Shown here: in pieces, positions 23,041-31,983 of the stretch
How the letters are laid out: the number at the start of each line of letters is the position of its first letter
Position numbering within the stretch: position 1 is the first letter of the stretch
Assembly: GCA_946965045.2 (NCBI GenBank)
Contig: OX337228.1
Span: 4,774,001-4,838,000, forward strand
Reading direction: 5' to 3'
From: Epithemia pelagica
Lineage: Eukaryota; Protista; Bacillariophyta
Length of the DNA: 64,000 bases
Position numbers and translations under genes: made by a program
Notes under the pieces: generated by a model
The model's input: only the letters and a program-made list of their open reading frames with translations
What the model was told of the DNA's origin: nothing
Databases searched by the model: none

Positions 23041-25536
23041 ATGTCGTTGCCTATTCCTGAACAAGGAGTCACGCGGTACAGGGCGTTGGTTTTGATGCGA
23101 TGCCTAATCTTTCTGTTTGTCCTGGCATCCCTATGGACGGATGCATTGACCGACGATCAACAGCGTATAGACGATGCAGTTGCAGCTGCAGATGTGGAAA
23201 CATGTATTGATTCTGTCAGAGATGAAGTTGATGACTCCCTCTTTGAACCATTTCAGGCAGACCACGATAGTGAAGGTAATGAGCTCCTGCATCCCCCAAT
23301 CTCAACAATCGAAGAAGAGATTGTATCCGCTATGGAGCTTGGTGACTCTGGAAAATACCGAGAGGACATTGAGGAAGAGAATCAAGGCCAGACCTCCAGC
23401 TCGGAATATGTGGTCGATCAGCACTGGGGATCAGATCCTGAAGTTCTGAAAATGAGAGATGCTCTACGACGCCCGGAAGCAAATCGTCCTCCAATTTTCC
23501 TCGTTCCCGGTTTGGCTGCATCACGTTTGGTAGCATGGCGACACAAGGAATGTCGACACAAACCATTGATGTCTGACATCAGGGTACAGGATTATGTATG
23601 GTTAAACTTGAATATTATCATGCAGATGGGAACTATTGACGACCGATGTTTCGTTGAATGCATTAAACTCGGACTAAATCAATCGGATTCTGTTGACGGA
23701 GGAGGTTGCAAACTTCGTTCTGACGAAGGCCTTGATGCGATTAGTAGCCTGTCTGTCGGTGGACTCCAGTCTCAGCTTCTCATTGGACGAACTAATACTG
23801 TGTATTCTTGGTTGATTCAATGGCTCTCTGACAACCTTGGATATGACGTGGGCAGTATCATTGGTTTCCCATATGATTGGCGTTTATCACCTGACAAAAT
23901 GGAGGAACGCGACGGCTTCTTCACTTTTATGCGGCGTCGTATCGAGACTGCTGTTGAGACCAATGGCGAACCAGGTATATTGGTTGCGCATTCCATGGGG
24001 AACATGATTTTTCGGTACTTTCTTTCCTGGCTAAAGGTGGAACTTGCAGCTGAGGCCTATTCGGAACTCCTAGATGAAGGTTCATCCCAACGCGAGAACA
24101 AGTACGCCAACAGACGGCGACCTCATAGGTCCAGGTTAGTGAAGGAGATGCAACACGAAAATGCTAATGCTACACTCGTGGAGACAGCTAAACGAAACGG
24201 CGAAAAGAGGTGGCATGAATGGATTGAATCTCATATCTGGACGTACGCGGGCCTATCAGCCCCTCATATTGGTGCTGTTAACCCGCTTCGTGCAGCTATA
24301 AGTGGAGAGACGATGGGTTTGCCTGTCGCAGAGGATACCATCAGAGAAATCGAAATCACTTTTGGATCCACGCTTACTGTTAACCCTCTCAGCTCACAAG
24401 TGGCCTTCTGTGACGAACATGACTTTCGGGTTTGGGATGAAGAACCTGAACGAGGAGAAAGTAATAGGCGTCTTGATTGCCTGGATGATCTTGCTTTAAT
24501 GATTCAAAATCACAGCAACGAGACACACGATCCATGGCGAGGCTTTGAGGCACTGAAATCTTTACTTCTCCATAGAATGGATTGGGACACGGACTTTCCA
24601 ATGATTACTGTCATTCAAGAAGACTGTGATTCTGAGGCTGGTTCCTTTTGTTTGAAGAGGGCGGAAGAAATTGGCCCCAAAGATGTTCAGAATGGTCTTG
24701 TTTTTAGGTACTTCAGCCAACTTTGGAAAGAAGATGGCGACCCTTTGTATGTGAAATATGAACAACTGCGTGATTCTTTCTGGAGTGGTCATGTCCCTAA
24801 CTTGTTGACGGAAACATGGGAGCGACCGCCAATTAAGCATGTCCTTATGGCTTACGGTACTGATCATCCTACAGAAGTGGGTTACACGTATCTAAAAAGA
24901 CAAGACAGCCGAGAAAATATGTGCAAGAAATCAGATATTCCCAATCTTCAGACAGTTCTTACAGAAACCAAGGGTGGACAGATTTTAGAAGAAAGATTGG
25001 ACGCACCCAAAGGTCTTTTCTCACCCAAAAAGCCAAAACAAAGCCCACTGATGCAGGGAAGTCTCAAACACAGTGGAGACGGAAGTGTTCCTTATCTTTC
25101 TCTTTCATTCGCCCATTTGTGGCTTTTGTACGGCTACCGAATGCAAATGCGTTCCGGAAGAGTCCCGTTTCCACAAAATCCACTCAACACCATTCAAGAG
25201 AGCTATCGTCCGAAGGGTGGTATGGAATGGAAAAACGGCATTCCAGAGTCACTTGATATTGCTGAAGATAATGAGAAAGATTCAATCGACACCAGTGATA
25301 CTGGAACGCTACATCCTCATGGAACGAAATACAAGCCATTGATGCACCGCTTCCATTCATCATATACTCTGGATTCAGCTCCAGATGTCAAATACACAAC
25401 GACAGTCATCGAAGCGTCTGGTGTCGAGCATAAAGAGACAACAAGGAATTATGACATTCTCGCCGCTGTTTTCACTGACGTATTAAAGGCAATGCACAGC
25501 GATTTCGATGTACCCTCTTCCGACATGGAGGGATGA
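23041..25536 (+). CDS. LCAT/PDAT-family acyltransferase (phospholipid:diacylglycerol or sterol acyltransferase-like)
   Basis: PIFLVPGLAASRL, YDWRLSP, lipase box LVAHSMG, GDGSVPYLSL, EHKET; hydrophobic N-terminus. Start uncertain (23008, 23041 or 23095). Confidence 0.85.
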   Translation: MSLPIPEQGVTRYRALVLMRCLIFLFVLASLWTDALTDDQQRIDDAVAAADVETCIDSVRDEVDDSLFEPFQADHDSEGNELLHPPISTIEEEIVSAMELGDSGKYREDIEEENQGQTSSSEYVVDQHWGSDPEVLKMRDALRRPEANRPPIFLVPGLAASRLVAWRHKECRHKPLMSDIRVQDYVWLNLNIIMQMGTIDDRCFVECIKLGLNQSDSVDGGGCKLRSDEGLDAISSLSVGGLQSQLLIGRTNTVYSWLIQWLSDNLGYDVGSIIGFPYDWRLSPDKMEERDGFFTFMRRRIETAVETNGEPGILVAHSMGNMIFRYFLSWLKVELAAEAYSELLDEGSSQRENKYANRRRPHRSRLVKEMQHENANATLVETAKRNGEKRWHEWIESHIWTYAGLSAPHIGAVNPLRAAISGETMGLPVAEDTIREIEITFGSTLTVNPLSSQVAFCDEHDFRVWDEEPERGESNRRLDCLDDLALMIQNHSNETHDPWRGFEALKSLLLHRMDWDTDFPMITVIQEDCDSEAGSFCLKRAEEIGPKDVQNGLVFRYFSQLWKEDGDPLYVKYEQLRDSFWSGHVPNLLTETWERPPIKHVLMAYGTDHPTEVGYTYLKRQDSRENMCKKSDIPNLQTVLTETKGGQILEERLDAPKGLFSPKKPKQSPLMQGSLKHSGDGSVPYLSLSFAHLWLLYGYRMQMRSGRVPFPQNPLNTIQESYRPKGGMEWKNGIPESLDIAEDNEKDSIDTSDTGTLHPHGTKYKPLMHRFHSSYTLDSAPDVKYTTTVIEASGVEHKETTRNYDILAAVFTDVLKAMHSDFDVPSSDMEG

Positions 25537-25852
25537 ATGGACGTTGCGGAACCTGTTCATGTACGAAAGCATGATCCTTCGACGGGTTTGCAGTGGTTGT
25601 GTTTTGAACGATAGAGTCATCATTTCGACCGACCTACCTTTCTCACAAGCTCTTGCAAATGGGCTAGAGAACAACAGGTTGTTGCGCCTGAAAGTTGCCA
25701 ACATGGAATTGGGCGGGTTATCCCTACGAGTGCTGTTTAAATAAGAACTGATTTTATGTCCTTTTATTGGCCTTTCGTGCGTGTTTCATGCAATCATCTT
25801 TCATAGATTGACTCATTTGCATTCTAAACAGCTATTTATCTCCACAGCAGGT

Positions 25853-26908
25853 TCATTTCATTTCCTCCATAAAGGCAAGGAAATTGTAGAGCCACTTTGC
25901 CTCTTCGGCATCTTCCAATGCTACGCACTGGATTTCAAGGTCAGCATAAGCCTTTTTGAGTTTCATTTTTTCTGGTACAATTTCAGACATTTTCTCCATC
26001 ATGGCTTTTCGCAATTTTGGAAGGATTTCCTTTAAGAAAGCGTCCTGTGCCCCTGGAAGGTCCAGGAATTCCAGACCCTCTTTGATGCACGCATAGTGCT
26101 TTGCCGCGTCGTCCCCTTGAACCTTCTTGAGCAGGTCTAGAATTTCACATCCTTTCATATCAACTTCTAGAACAAAAACAGGTCCTTGTTGGAACCGTTT
26201 GCTGATTGACATCTCCACGCCAATTTCTTCCGTCACCAGAGGTATGCATTCGACGACAGCTTTCTCGGCACGGCTGACCATGGTTTTGCTCGCCATGAAA
26301 CGTGACGCGCGTTTGGAGATATTACTCGATGATTTGCTGATGGAGCTACCAATTGAACTCATAAATCCGCGCCCATCCTTGGTTTTCGTACCACCACTGT
26401 CTGTGCGAAGTTTGGGAGATCTGACCCTTCCAAACGCAAAGTCCATCAACGCCTTGCTTTCCACCAGAAGCTTTACTTTGGGGTCGTCATGGGTTCTGGG
26501 TGCACCGACAGCAACAATATCGCCACCATTAGAGGTTTCTGGGGTACTAGGCGACTTTTCTGACTCTTCCTCTGAAGTCAAGTGAGCAGAGGTTTCGTCA
26601 GAAGATGGTTGGACGGAAGCATTCGTCGTTTCGTCTTTGCCGCCATCTCTGGAAGTACTTGGACCTATTGCCTCTTCTGAATCGGTTCGTAATGAAGCGC
26701 CACTGTTTTCCGTGTTATTGGTGTTGATCACAACAACATTGAGGTAGAATGAATAACCTCCCACCTTCGGAGAACCATTCATGTTGCTTACTCCTAGTTG
26801 TTTGTTGGACAACGAACAGGAGGAATAAATCTTGGCGCGAAATACTCCTAGGCAATCAAACAAAAAAGCGAGTTCACAAGAGCTATGCACGACTACCACA
26901 TCTACCAT
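25853..26908 (-). CDS. Hypothetical protein (5' structure uncertain)
   Basis: 351-codon ORF with an S/T/E-rich N-half and an ordered C-terminal domain; no family recognised. Confidence 0.6.
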   Translation of the reverse strand: MVDVVVVHSSCELAFLFDCLGVFRAKIYSSCSLSNKQLGVSNMNGSPKVGGYSFYLNVVVINTNNTENSGASLRTDSEEAIGPSTSRDGGKDETTNASVQPSSDETSAHLTSEEESEKSPSTPETSNGGDIVAVGAPRTHDDPKVKLLVESKALMDFAFGRVRSPKLRTDSGGTKTKDGRGFMSSIGSSISKSSSNISKRASRFMASKTMVSRAEKAVVECIPLVTEEIGVEMSISKRFQQGPVFVLEVDMKGCEILDLLKKVQGDDAAKHYACIKEGLEFLDLPGAQDAFLKEILPKLRKAMMEKMSEIVPEKMKLKKAYADLEIQCVALEDAEEAKWLYNFLAFMEEMK

Positions 26909-27092
26909 CTCTTTTTTGTTGGAGACACAAAGGCGACTCGCACGAGGAATCGAGAGCGGATAACCTTAATCTTAATAGCTTGAGATTTTTTTAATTTTCC
27001 ATTTTTTTTATCATGTTGAAGGGACGACTTCTCTGATTGCGATATGCTAAATGGTGGGAGTTTATGTTTGTTCTGACCAGATCGGTTAAAAT

Positions 27093-28439
27093 ATGTCGGA
27101 GGTAGGGGCTACGCCAACCTCTGTTGGTGCCCTATTGGCTGAAGAATGGACGATTGATCCATTTTCGGCCCTTCTCTCCTTTCTTGAAATGATATGGATC
27201 GAAGAAGTTGACAAGTCCATGTATCAGACCGCTCGAATCGGATTGGACCAGCTTCAAGAAGCAGCTGGTCGTCGAATATCGCAACCAGAAAATGACATTG
27301 ATTTCAATCCTCAAATGGATCTTGGTGGCAGCGCCTGTTCTCGTGTTACAAGAACCTGGTATCAAATTCAAAGTGTCTTGGGCAAATACCAACGACAATT
27401 TGCCATTTCGATCAAGAGTCTTCTTGGACAATACAAAACTGAAATTCTAGCGCTTATAATTTATGCCTTAGAACGCGAAAGCATTCTTCGAACCAATGCA
27501 ACAATAGCAGAGGCGATGTATGGTGGTCATCGAGTGGAAGCTGTACTTTCAAACGTTGCGAACGGCAACGATAAAACGAAGGTATCTAAGTCTAAGGCTC
27601 GCGCGGTCCAGTTGAGGCCACTCAGGGCGGCATCGGTTACACGACTCGCACTTCTGAAGGCGTTTGTGCCCTATTTACGACGGAAACTGGATACTGCGTT
27701 GGGCGATTCACACCGGCAACGTCCGAACGATTATGGACAACCGAATACTACAAGGCTCCGAAAAGTCTGCTTGTTCCTTTATCCCTACTTACGAGCAACA
27801 GCTCAAGGCCTCAACTTGCTTTGCCAGTGGAGATTTCTTTCTGGACAATCCTTTCATTTCGACTTGATTTCAGCCTTTCTAGGACAGGTGGTTCGTAGAG
27901 TGACCTTGCAGGATCACGACTCCAACGGTACCTCCGGAACGGTGACTTATCCATCTGTTGGAGAGAAATCAAGCGCACCGGACAAGGTTCCAAGCACAAA
28001 TGACGACAAAGCCAAAGCTGGTTCTTCAAATACTTTGATGAAATCAACCTTTGTACAAAAATTCATTGTCTCTGGGACAGTGGTGGCGATTCTATTGAGT
28101 TGGACGGCATGGGTAAAAGCTGAACGCAAACGACTTTTGAATGAAGAACAGATAAAGTTTGCGTCTCATCTAGGTCGTATCCCTCCGCCGCCGCCACCTC
28201 CTCCAACACCATTGGAGTACATGGCGTCTACCAGCCAGTCTGATGAATGCCCTCTTTGTCGTCAAAGCCCTCGTCAGGCACCAACTGCAACCAACTCTGG
28301 ATACGTTTTTTGTTGGAGCTGCATTCAACGGCATGTCGGAAAAAGTCAAACATGTCCAATCACAGGAAAAGCATGCACTGAAAGTCAACTTGTTAGACTG
28401 TTCGAGCCGCGTTTGATGGATGGATCTCGCGAATCTTGA
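27093..28439 (+). CDS. PEX12: Peroxin 12 (peroxisomal RING E3 component)
   Basis: N-terminal SFLEMIWIEE (Pex12 PSIFE-like), TM segment, poly-P, degenerate RING CPLC..SGYVFCWSCI..CPITG..QLVRLF. Confidence 0.85.
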   Translation: MSEVGATPTSVGALLAEEWTIDPFSALLSFLEMIWIEEVDKSMYQTARIGLDQLQEAAGRRISQPENDIDFNPQMDLGGSACSRVTRTWYQIQSVLGKYQRQFAISIKSLLGQYKTEILALIIYALERESILRTNATIAEAMYGGHRVEAVLSNVANGNDKTKVSKSKARAVQLRPLRAASVTRLALLKAFVPYLRRKLDTALGDSHRQRPNDYGQPNTTRLRKVCLFLYPYLRATAQGLNLLCQWRFLSGQSFHFDLISAFLGQVVRRVTLQDHDSNGTSGTVTYPSVGEKSSAPDKVPSTNDDKAKAGSSNTLMKSTFVQKFIVSGTVVAILLSWTAWVKAERKRLLNEEQIKFASHLGRIPPPPPPPPTPLEYMASTSQSDECPLCRQSPRQAPTATNSGYVFCWSCIQRHVGKSQTCPITGKACTESQLVRLFEPRLMDGSRES

Positions 28440-28623
28440 AGTACCAGGGAACTGTGAAAAACAACCGAGCATCGTCTTATTGGAGGTTACACTCGCCGAG
28501 GCGAATCTCGTTTTGGACCTGCAACAATATATACACGATTACGCTCAAGACCTACCTAGCACTTCTTCAAGCCTCCGGTCCAAATTCAAGTCGCGCTTCA
28601 CTTCTAGACATTGGCGTTATGTT

Positions 28624-30858
28624 CTATATTGCTTTGTCCACGGCACGCTCGTTTGACGGCTCGGTAGACTTTTCTGCTGTCGCAACAAGCTGATCAATCA
28701 CTGCAAACTGACGAGGCCATCTAACGTTGTACAAGAATTGCCTTAGATCGAACCGATTGTCATCAGGTGAGTAACCTTCGGCATGATAAGATGGCGTAAT
28801 AGTGCACATCTTATGTCGATTCACAGAATAGTAGAAGAAGAATCGCTTCACTTTTTCTCCTACTTGGCGTGGTGACAAGGTGTTCCAAACGACGCAAAGT
28901 TTGCGAAACATGGAAACGGGTCCGCAACGAGACAGTTTTCGCAATGTACCAAACATCCCCAACTCTGCATATGTCATTCCCATCTCTTCTTCATCCAGTT
29001 GCGAATGTTCAGCATTGGTGTTCGACGCCCCTTCATTTGATGCTGTGGAGTCTACAATGGGTCGTAGTTCCGCTGTTGGCGGTGCTCCTGCAATCTCCGC
29101 GAGCACATCCCATTTGTACTGAAGTGCCGCCCACAGAAGCATCTTCTTCAAATCTCCCTTGGATATGGCACCAATTGGGTTTAGATCAGCTGACGAACAA
29201 TCGTATTTAGTCATGTAGCCTCGCAAGCCTTCGTCCACATTCGCACTACCAAGAACAAGTAAGAATCCCTTTCGCCCTCGTACCCAAGGTAACAGCTGGG
29301 CAAAAAGATACGCTGTTATCATACGAAGTCGTGCCTGAATGTTTTGAAGTGCCAGGTCCTCAGATTGCGTTCCCCCGTGGACAGAGAATTTTGGCGTTTT
29401 GCCAAAAGTTGTCGCAAATACTTGAAGAACAGCACTAACCATGACATCGATCTTGATTGATAAGTGATATGACCCAACTGATTCACCGAGTCGTCTGGCT
29501 CTTGATGTGGTAACATCTGAGGAGTTCGCTGTTCCCATAAAAGTTGTATGAAGAACACAGTTTGCCATTTCCTGAGGCGACGAAGGCACCCATGGATGGT
29601 CCTTTTGGCAGATTTTTCGACAATCCTTAGCAACCTGTCCTCCAGGATTCGATCGAGCTGCCTCGGTGACCATGCAGCACATGGCACCCACGATTGCAGC
29701 CACTGAAGATGAATCTGCGCCTCCAGAGAGAGGAAGAAAGAAACCAGCCGCGCCTGAGCGACGCAGATAATCCCAAAGCCAGCACGCAGGTCCTAGACAG
29801 CACTCTTGTTCCGGCGAATGGACATTAGGTGATCGAATCGGGGTAGTGAATGTGAGCAAGGGTTCGTCTTTGCAAATCCGGCAATCAGGAGGAGCAAGGA
29901 CAAAGGGTTTTGTCCCAAAGTCTTTTGCGGCTGACGCTGATTGTATACCAAATGAAGGGATAGATGCACGGTAGGACCTAATATCATCGAGGTCCACGGT
30001 GGCAGTAACCACTTCGACATCTGCAAGACTGAATTGTTGGGCCTGGGCCAAAATCTGTCCATTGCAAACAATCAGTGCGCCTCCATCATAATACAGACGA
30101 CCACCGTCGCACCCTCGTTGATTGGCATACAAGTAAACACCTCCACATTTACGGGTTGCGGATTGGATCAGTTCAAGGCGTTGATTCAGTTTTCGAAGTT
30201 CGTGGTGGCTGCCGGATCCATTCCCAATAATTTCCACTCCCTGAAGAGCCATATCGATGTGCGTTGCTTGCGGAGTCCACAATTCTTCACAAGATTCACA
30301 CCCAATGCGGACGTCATCTGCCATTTGAAGAGGGTGCGTCCCGAACGGCGCACTGCGTTGTTGGAATTTCTCGTAGAACACTGCAGGTAAGACAATGTCC
30401 TCAAGCTCACCAATTTGACCATTGTCGTTTCGGCTTGCTTGGAAAGCCGTGAAGTAGCGAGATTCACGATAATTTCCATTGTCCGCTAGCGCAGTTTTGG
30501 GTCGAATTAGAAGAATTTTCCGGTTAACGACAAGAATTCGGCAATTGTATCGCGCTCCTCGAAACAAGACAGGCATTCCAAAATCACAGAGTAACCCATC
30601 ATCTGTGGCACCAAGTTCCATAAGTTTGGCGAGACTCTCCCAACAGTGGTCAAGCGTATCGCTTTCCAAGAAGTGGTCTTCGCACCCATATCCAGAAATC
30701 TCAAGCTCGGGTCCCAGTCTGTAAGAGGCACCATGCTCTTTGGCTTGGTGGCAACTCTCCAAGATTCGTTCTAGGTTGCCATCAAAATCTAGGGCCCACT
30801 GATTCAGATTGCATGTGGCCAATGTCACCAGCTTTCCCTTGCTAATCTGTCCTATCAT
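28624..30858 (-). CDS. NADSYN1: Glutamine-dependent NAD(+) synthetase
   Basis: TCNLNQWALDFDGN, GPELEISGY, ESCEELW, NGSGSHHELRK, LSGGADSS, NIQARLRM, YMTKYDCSS, PTAEL. Confidence 0.96.
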   Translation of the reverse strand: MIGQISKGKLVTLATCNLNQWALDFDGNLERILESCHQAKEHGASYRLGPELEISGYGCEDHFLESDTLDHCWESLAKLMELGATDDGLLCDFGMPVLFRGARYNCRILVVNRKILLIRPKTALADNGNYRESRYFTAFQASRNDNGQIGELEDIVLPAVFYEKFQQRSAPFGTHPLQMADDVRIGCESCEELWTPQATHIDMALQGVEIIGNGSGSHHELRKLNQRLELIQSATRKCGGVYLYANQRGCDGGRLYYDGGALIVCNGQILAQAQQFSLADVEVVTATVDLDDIRSYRASIPSFGIQSASAAKDFGTKPFVLAPPDCRICKDEPLLTFTTPIRSPNVHSPEQECCLGPACWLWDYLRRSGAAGFFLPLSGGADSSSVAAIVGAMCCMVTEAARSNPGGQVAKDCRKICQKDHPWVPSSPQEMANCVLHTTFMGTANSSDVTTSRARRLGESVGSYHLSIKIDVMVSAVLQVFATTFGKTPKFSVHGGTQSEDLALQNIQARLRMITAYLFAQLLPWVRGRKGFLLVLGSANVDEGLRGYMTKYDCSSADLNPIGAISKGDLKKMLLWAALQYKWDVLAEIAGAPPTAELRPIVDSTASNEGASNTNAEHSQLDEEEMGMTYAELGMFGTLRKLSRCGPVSMFRKLCVVWNTLSPRQVGEKVKRFFFYYSVNRHKMCTITPSYHAEGYSPDDNRFDLRQFLYNVRWPRQFAVIDQLVATAEKSTEPSNERAVDKAI

Positions 30859-31004
30859 CTTTTCGTTCTCTCGTAGAGCAAACTTTTGACATCAAACAAG
30901 TTCTTTGTCGGGGTAAGATCATCTTCGTCTGTTCCAGTTTCCAGACGTACTTATTCGAAAAATGCGACTCGAAAATCGCGAGGCAATATCCTTATCGCTA
31001 TCAT

Positions 31005-31218
31005 TGTTGAAGGATGTCCCGTCTGGGGTCGCATCAGGAACGATAAAAGCGACTGCCAGCAAAGCAACTGGAATGGCAGATGGAGCCGAATGGGGCGAAG
31101 TGCAACGACGTGGCAGGAAAACCAACGAAAAGGACAACAAAGCTCATTCTAAGGAGAATACGTAACTTGTTAACGATATTGTTGCCTTTACAGCACGGTG
31201 TAGTTGCAGGTTTCAACA
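31005..31218 (+). repeat. 5' LTR (214 bp)
   Basis: TGTTGAA...TTCAACA 7-bp terminal inverted repeat; identical to 36876-37089 except A31139 vs G37010. Confidence 0.98.
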
Positions 31219-31232
31219 TATTCTCCTTAGAA
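31219..31232 (+). promoter_or_regulatory. Non-tRNA primer-binding site, complementary to LTR positions 31147-31160 (putative self-priming)
   Basis: TATTCTCCTTAGAA is the exact reverse complement of TTCTAAGGAGAATA; no TGG (tRNA CCA complement) follows the LTR. Confidence 0.75.
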
Positions 31233-31281
31233 ACTATACCTATTCTATCGTCGATACAAGTGTTGCAGTGAAGTACATTAC

Positions 31282-31983
31282 ATGTCGGAGAATTCAAGCC
31301 GACTCACCACGTTGTTGAATCAGCTAACGTCGCTTTCTATTGAAGAACAAGACCGCCTTGGAGAGGTGCATCGCCGGCACCAACATAACGTGCGATTGCG
31401 CGAGGCGACGTTCAGAGAACACAAGGCCGAATTGGAGCAACAACATCAAGAAGAAATTGAGCACGACAACACTATACTGGAGGCCTCAAGAGCACGGATC
31501 TCCTCCGAGTTCCAAGAACGTCGTCGCTCCTTAATCGTTGAGATTCGCACAGAAGAACATCGAACAGACGTGGCAGCAGCAACAGTTGTGGCATCCGAAG
31601 AGACCGGAGACGAGGAGTCCTCACGAGACGCCTCCGGTTTCCTCGACGCAGACGACGTAATCCGGCACGAAAACGGCAAGATTGAAATCATTTATTCGAT
31701 CCCTCACCTTCCTTTTAACGCTGGAACAACACCAGCAGTGCTACCTATTGGAAGTCCGATCTGGGTATTGAACCCACTCAAGCTGGCCCGAATTCAGAAA
31801 CGCTCACACTTGAAAGGTGTCGTACTGTCTCATGGGAAATCAAACGGAAAACGAACCGTGTATACCATCCAGGTATACAACCCATTTACCAAGGAACAGG
31901 AAGAACATCGTCGTCAGAGGCAAAACCTGGCCATAAGACACGATAGTCATGAGTTCGTCTCAACCTCGACCCGACCAAACTGA
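31282..31983 (+). CDS. Extra retrotransposon ORF (ORF0, 233 aa) upstream of gag-pol: coiled coil plus possible SH3/KOW-like beta-barrel
   Basis: ATG 31282 to TGA 31983, intact, between the PBS and gag-pol; overlaps gag-pol by 35 nt in another frame. Confidence 0.8.
   Translation: MSENSSRLTTLLNQLTSLSIEEQDRLGEVHRRHQHNVRLREATFREHKAELEQQHQEEIEHDNTILEASRARISSEFQERRRSLIVEIRTEEHRTDVAAATVVASEETGDEESSRDASGFLDADDVIRHENGKIEIIYSIPHLPFNAGTTPAVLPIGSPIWVLNPLKLARIQKRSHLKGVVLSHGKSNGKRTVYTIQVYNPFTKEQEEHRRQRQNLAIRHDSHEFVSTSTRPN

Noticed and set aside
31282-31983. ORF0 as a retroviral env gene
   Set aside because: Upstream of gag, with no signal peptide or transmembrane segment.
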